In this document: one piece after another, positions 34,969 to 35,831 of the stretch
Layout of the letters: each line of letters begins with the position of its first letter
Position numbering within the stretch: position 1 is the stretch's first letter
Notes under the pieces: model-generated
What the model was told of the DNA's origin: nothing
The model's database searches: none
What the model saw: only the letters and a program-made list of their open reading frames with translations
Source: Octopus bimaculoides
Taxonomy: Eukaryota
Direction of reading: 5' to 3'
Length of the DNA stretch: 35,831 bases
Assembly (NCBI RefSeq): GCF_001194135.2
Contig: NC_068981.1
Location: 18,481,831 to 18,517,661, forward strand
Program-made: the position numbers and the translations under genes

Positions 34969-34989
34969 GTAATAGTAATAATAATAATA

Positions 34990-35320
34990 ATAGCAAAAGG
35001 GGCTGATTGCTACTTAGCTCATATACCAGGAAACCCCAAAATGTCAGAAATTCAAAAGATAGTGCTCATGGGAACTGCCCATATACTACGTAAAATGTTG
35101 TCTATGTAATCTCAAATTTTAAAAGGAACTCATAATTTTCATATGTTTTCTTAAAACATTCTCTAGAACAATACTACGTCCAAAACCAAATATATAACAC
35201 CCTAGGCATAACACCATCATGAACTGCTAACTTGTTGTCTCTTGAGGTTTCTGGGTGAGACTTGGAGCCAACAAATACAAATACAAAGCAAAAGTCAAAC
35301 AAATAATAATAATAATAATA
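34990..35320 (+). mobile_element. R4/Dong-like LINE extreme 3' end with UTR and (AAT)n tail
   Basis: IAKGADCYLAHIPGNPKMSEIQKIVLMGTAHILRKMLSM* (stop at 35107-35109) shows the IQK..L.GTA.ILR C-terminal motif. It sits directly after an (AAT)n tract and ends in (AAT)n. Confidence 0.75.
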
Positions 35321-35577
35321 AGAGCATTGTCGCTTTGAATTTTCTTTCCTGTTCCCCCTTCACTTCTTTTGTTTTCTTGTATCCATTTTTTTCTTTATTT
35401 TCTTCTTTCCTCTTTCTCTCTGCTCTTCTTCCCCCATTGTTTTCTATCACATGACTTTGTAAATGAACAATCTGGTGTCTTTATTTTAATGGCCTACCAA
35501 TATATACAGTGAGTTTCTTTGCCCTAGGCATCGGGAAGACTCTCGGCAAAAAATGGAAATAAAATTGAAAGAAGAGG

Positions 35578-35670
<93 letters not shown>
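35578..35670. repeat. (AAT)n microsatellite
   Basis: Read directly from the sequence. Confidence 0.97.
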
Positions 35671-35831
35671 GAGACACCGGGGAAGTTTAACATGTGAGTA
35701 CGATAAATCACTGCTCCGAAACTTATCCAAAAACATCGGAAATAAAGATATCGCATGGAGCCAAAAAATAGCTGACAAAGGGTTGGACTATACCCGAGTA
35801 AGTAATACTCATTGAAATTTATTTCTATTTT

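Noticed and set aside
574-35778. Most ORFs in the supplied track (YIYI, HTHT, CVCV, poly-I/L/Y/N peptides and SINE-derived frames)
   Set aside because: They are translations of microsatellites, N gaps or SINE copies that recur in the window. There is no coding evidence.
1-35831. CRISPR arrays, operons, Fanzor/TnpB-like ORFs
   Set aside because: There is no regularly spaced repeat-spacer array and no RuvC-like ORF. The repeats here are dispersed eukaryotic retroposons.

Overview
This is eukaryotic, AT-rich, microsatellite-dense DNA with two N gaps (21065-21132, 28575-28800). The tRNA-derived SINE families look like those of Octopus; that is recognition from memory, not a search result. I found no host protein-coding gene I can support, and most supplied ORFs are microsatellite or SINE artefacts. 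The window is a nested transposon graveyard. It holds about 20 SINE copies or fragments of four families, a dead irritans-type mariner, two RTE-like LINE 3' ends, and three RLE-type LINE fragments (one HERO-like, two R4/Dong-like). It also holds a Gypsy protease/RT remnant, four Penelope-like (PLE) fragments, a Helitron-like and a Helentron/HINE-like element, and two MITEs with 8-bp TSDs and telomere-repeat cores. The best observation is a 198-bp palindrome (405-602) made of two back-to-back type I hammerhead ribozyme motifs: one has an intact core and a GUC site, and six of the seven differences between the arms leave the fold intact. Two decayed minimal hammerheads lie at 98-134 and 6012-6055. 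Other notable items are a 145-bp inverted duplication that captured a mariner end and a miRNA-like hairpin at 20265-20316. All calls were made by eye.
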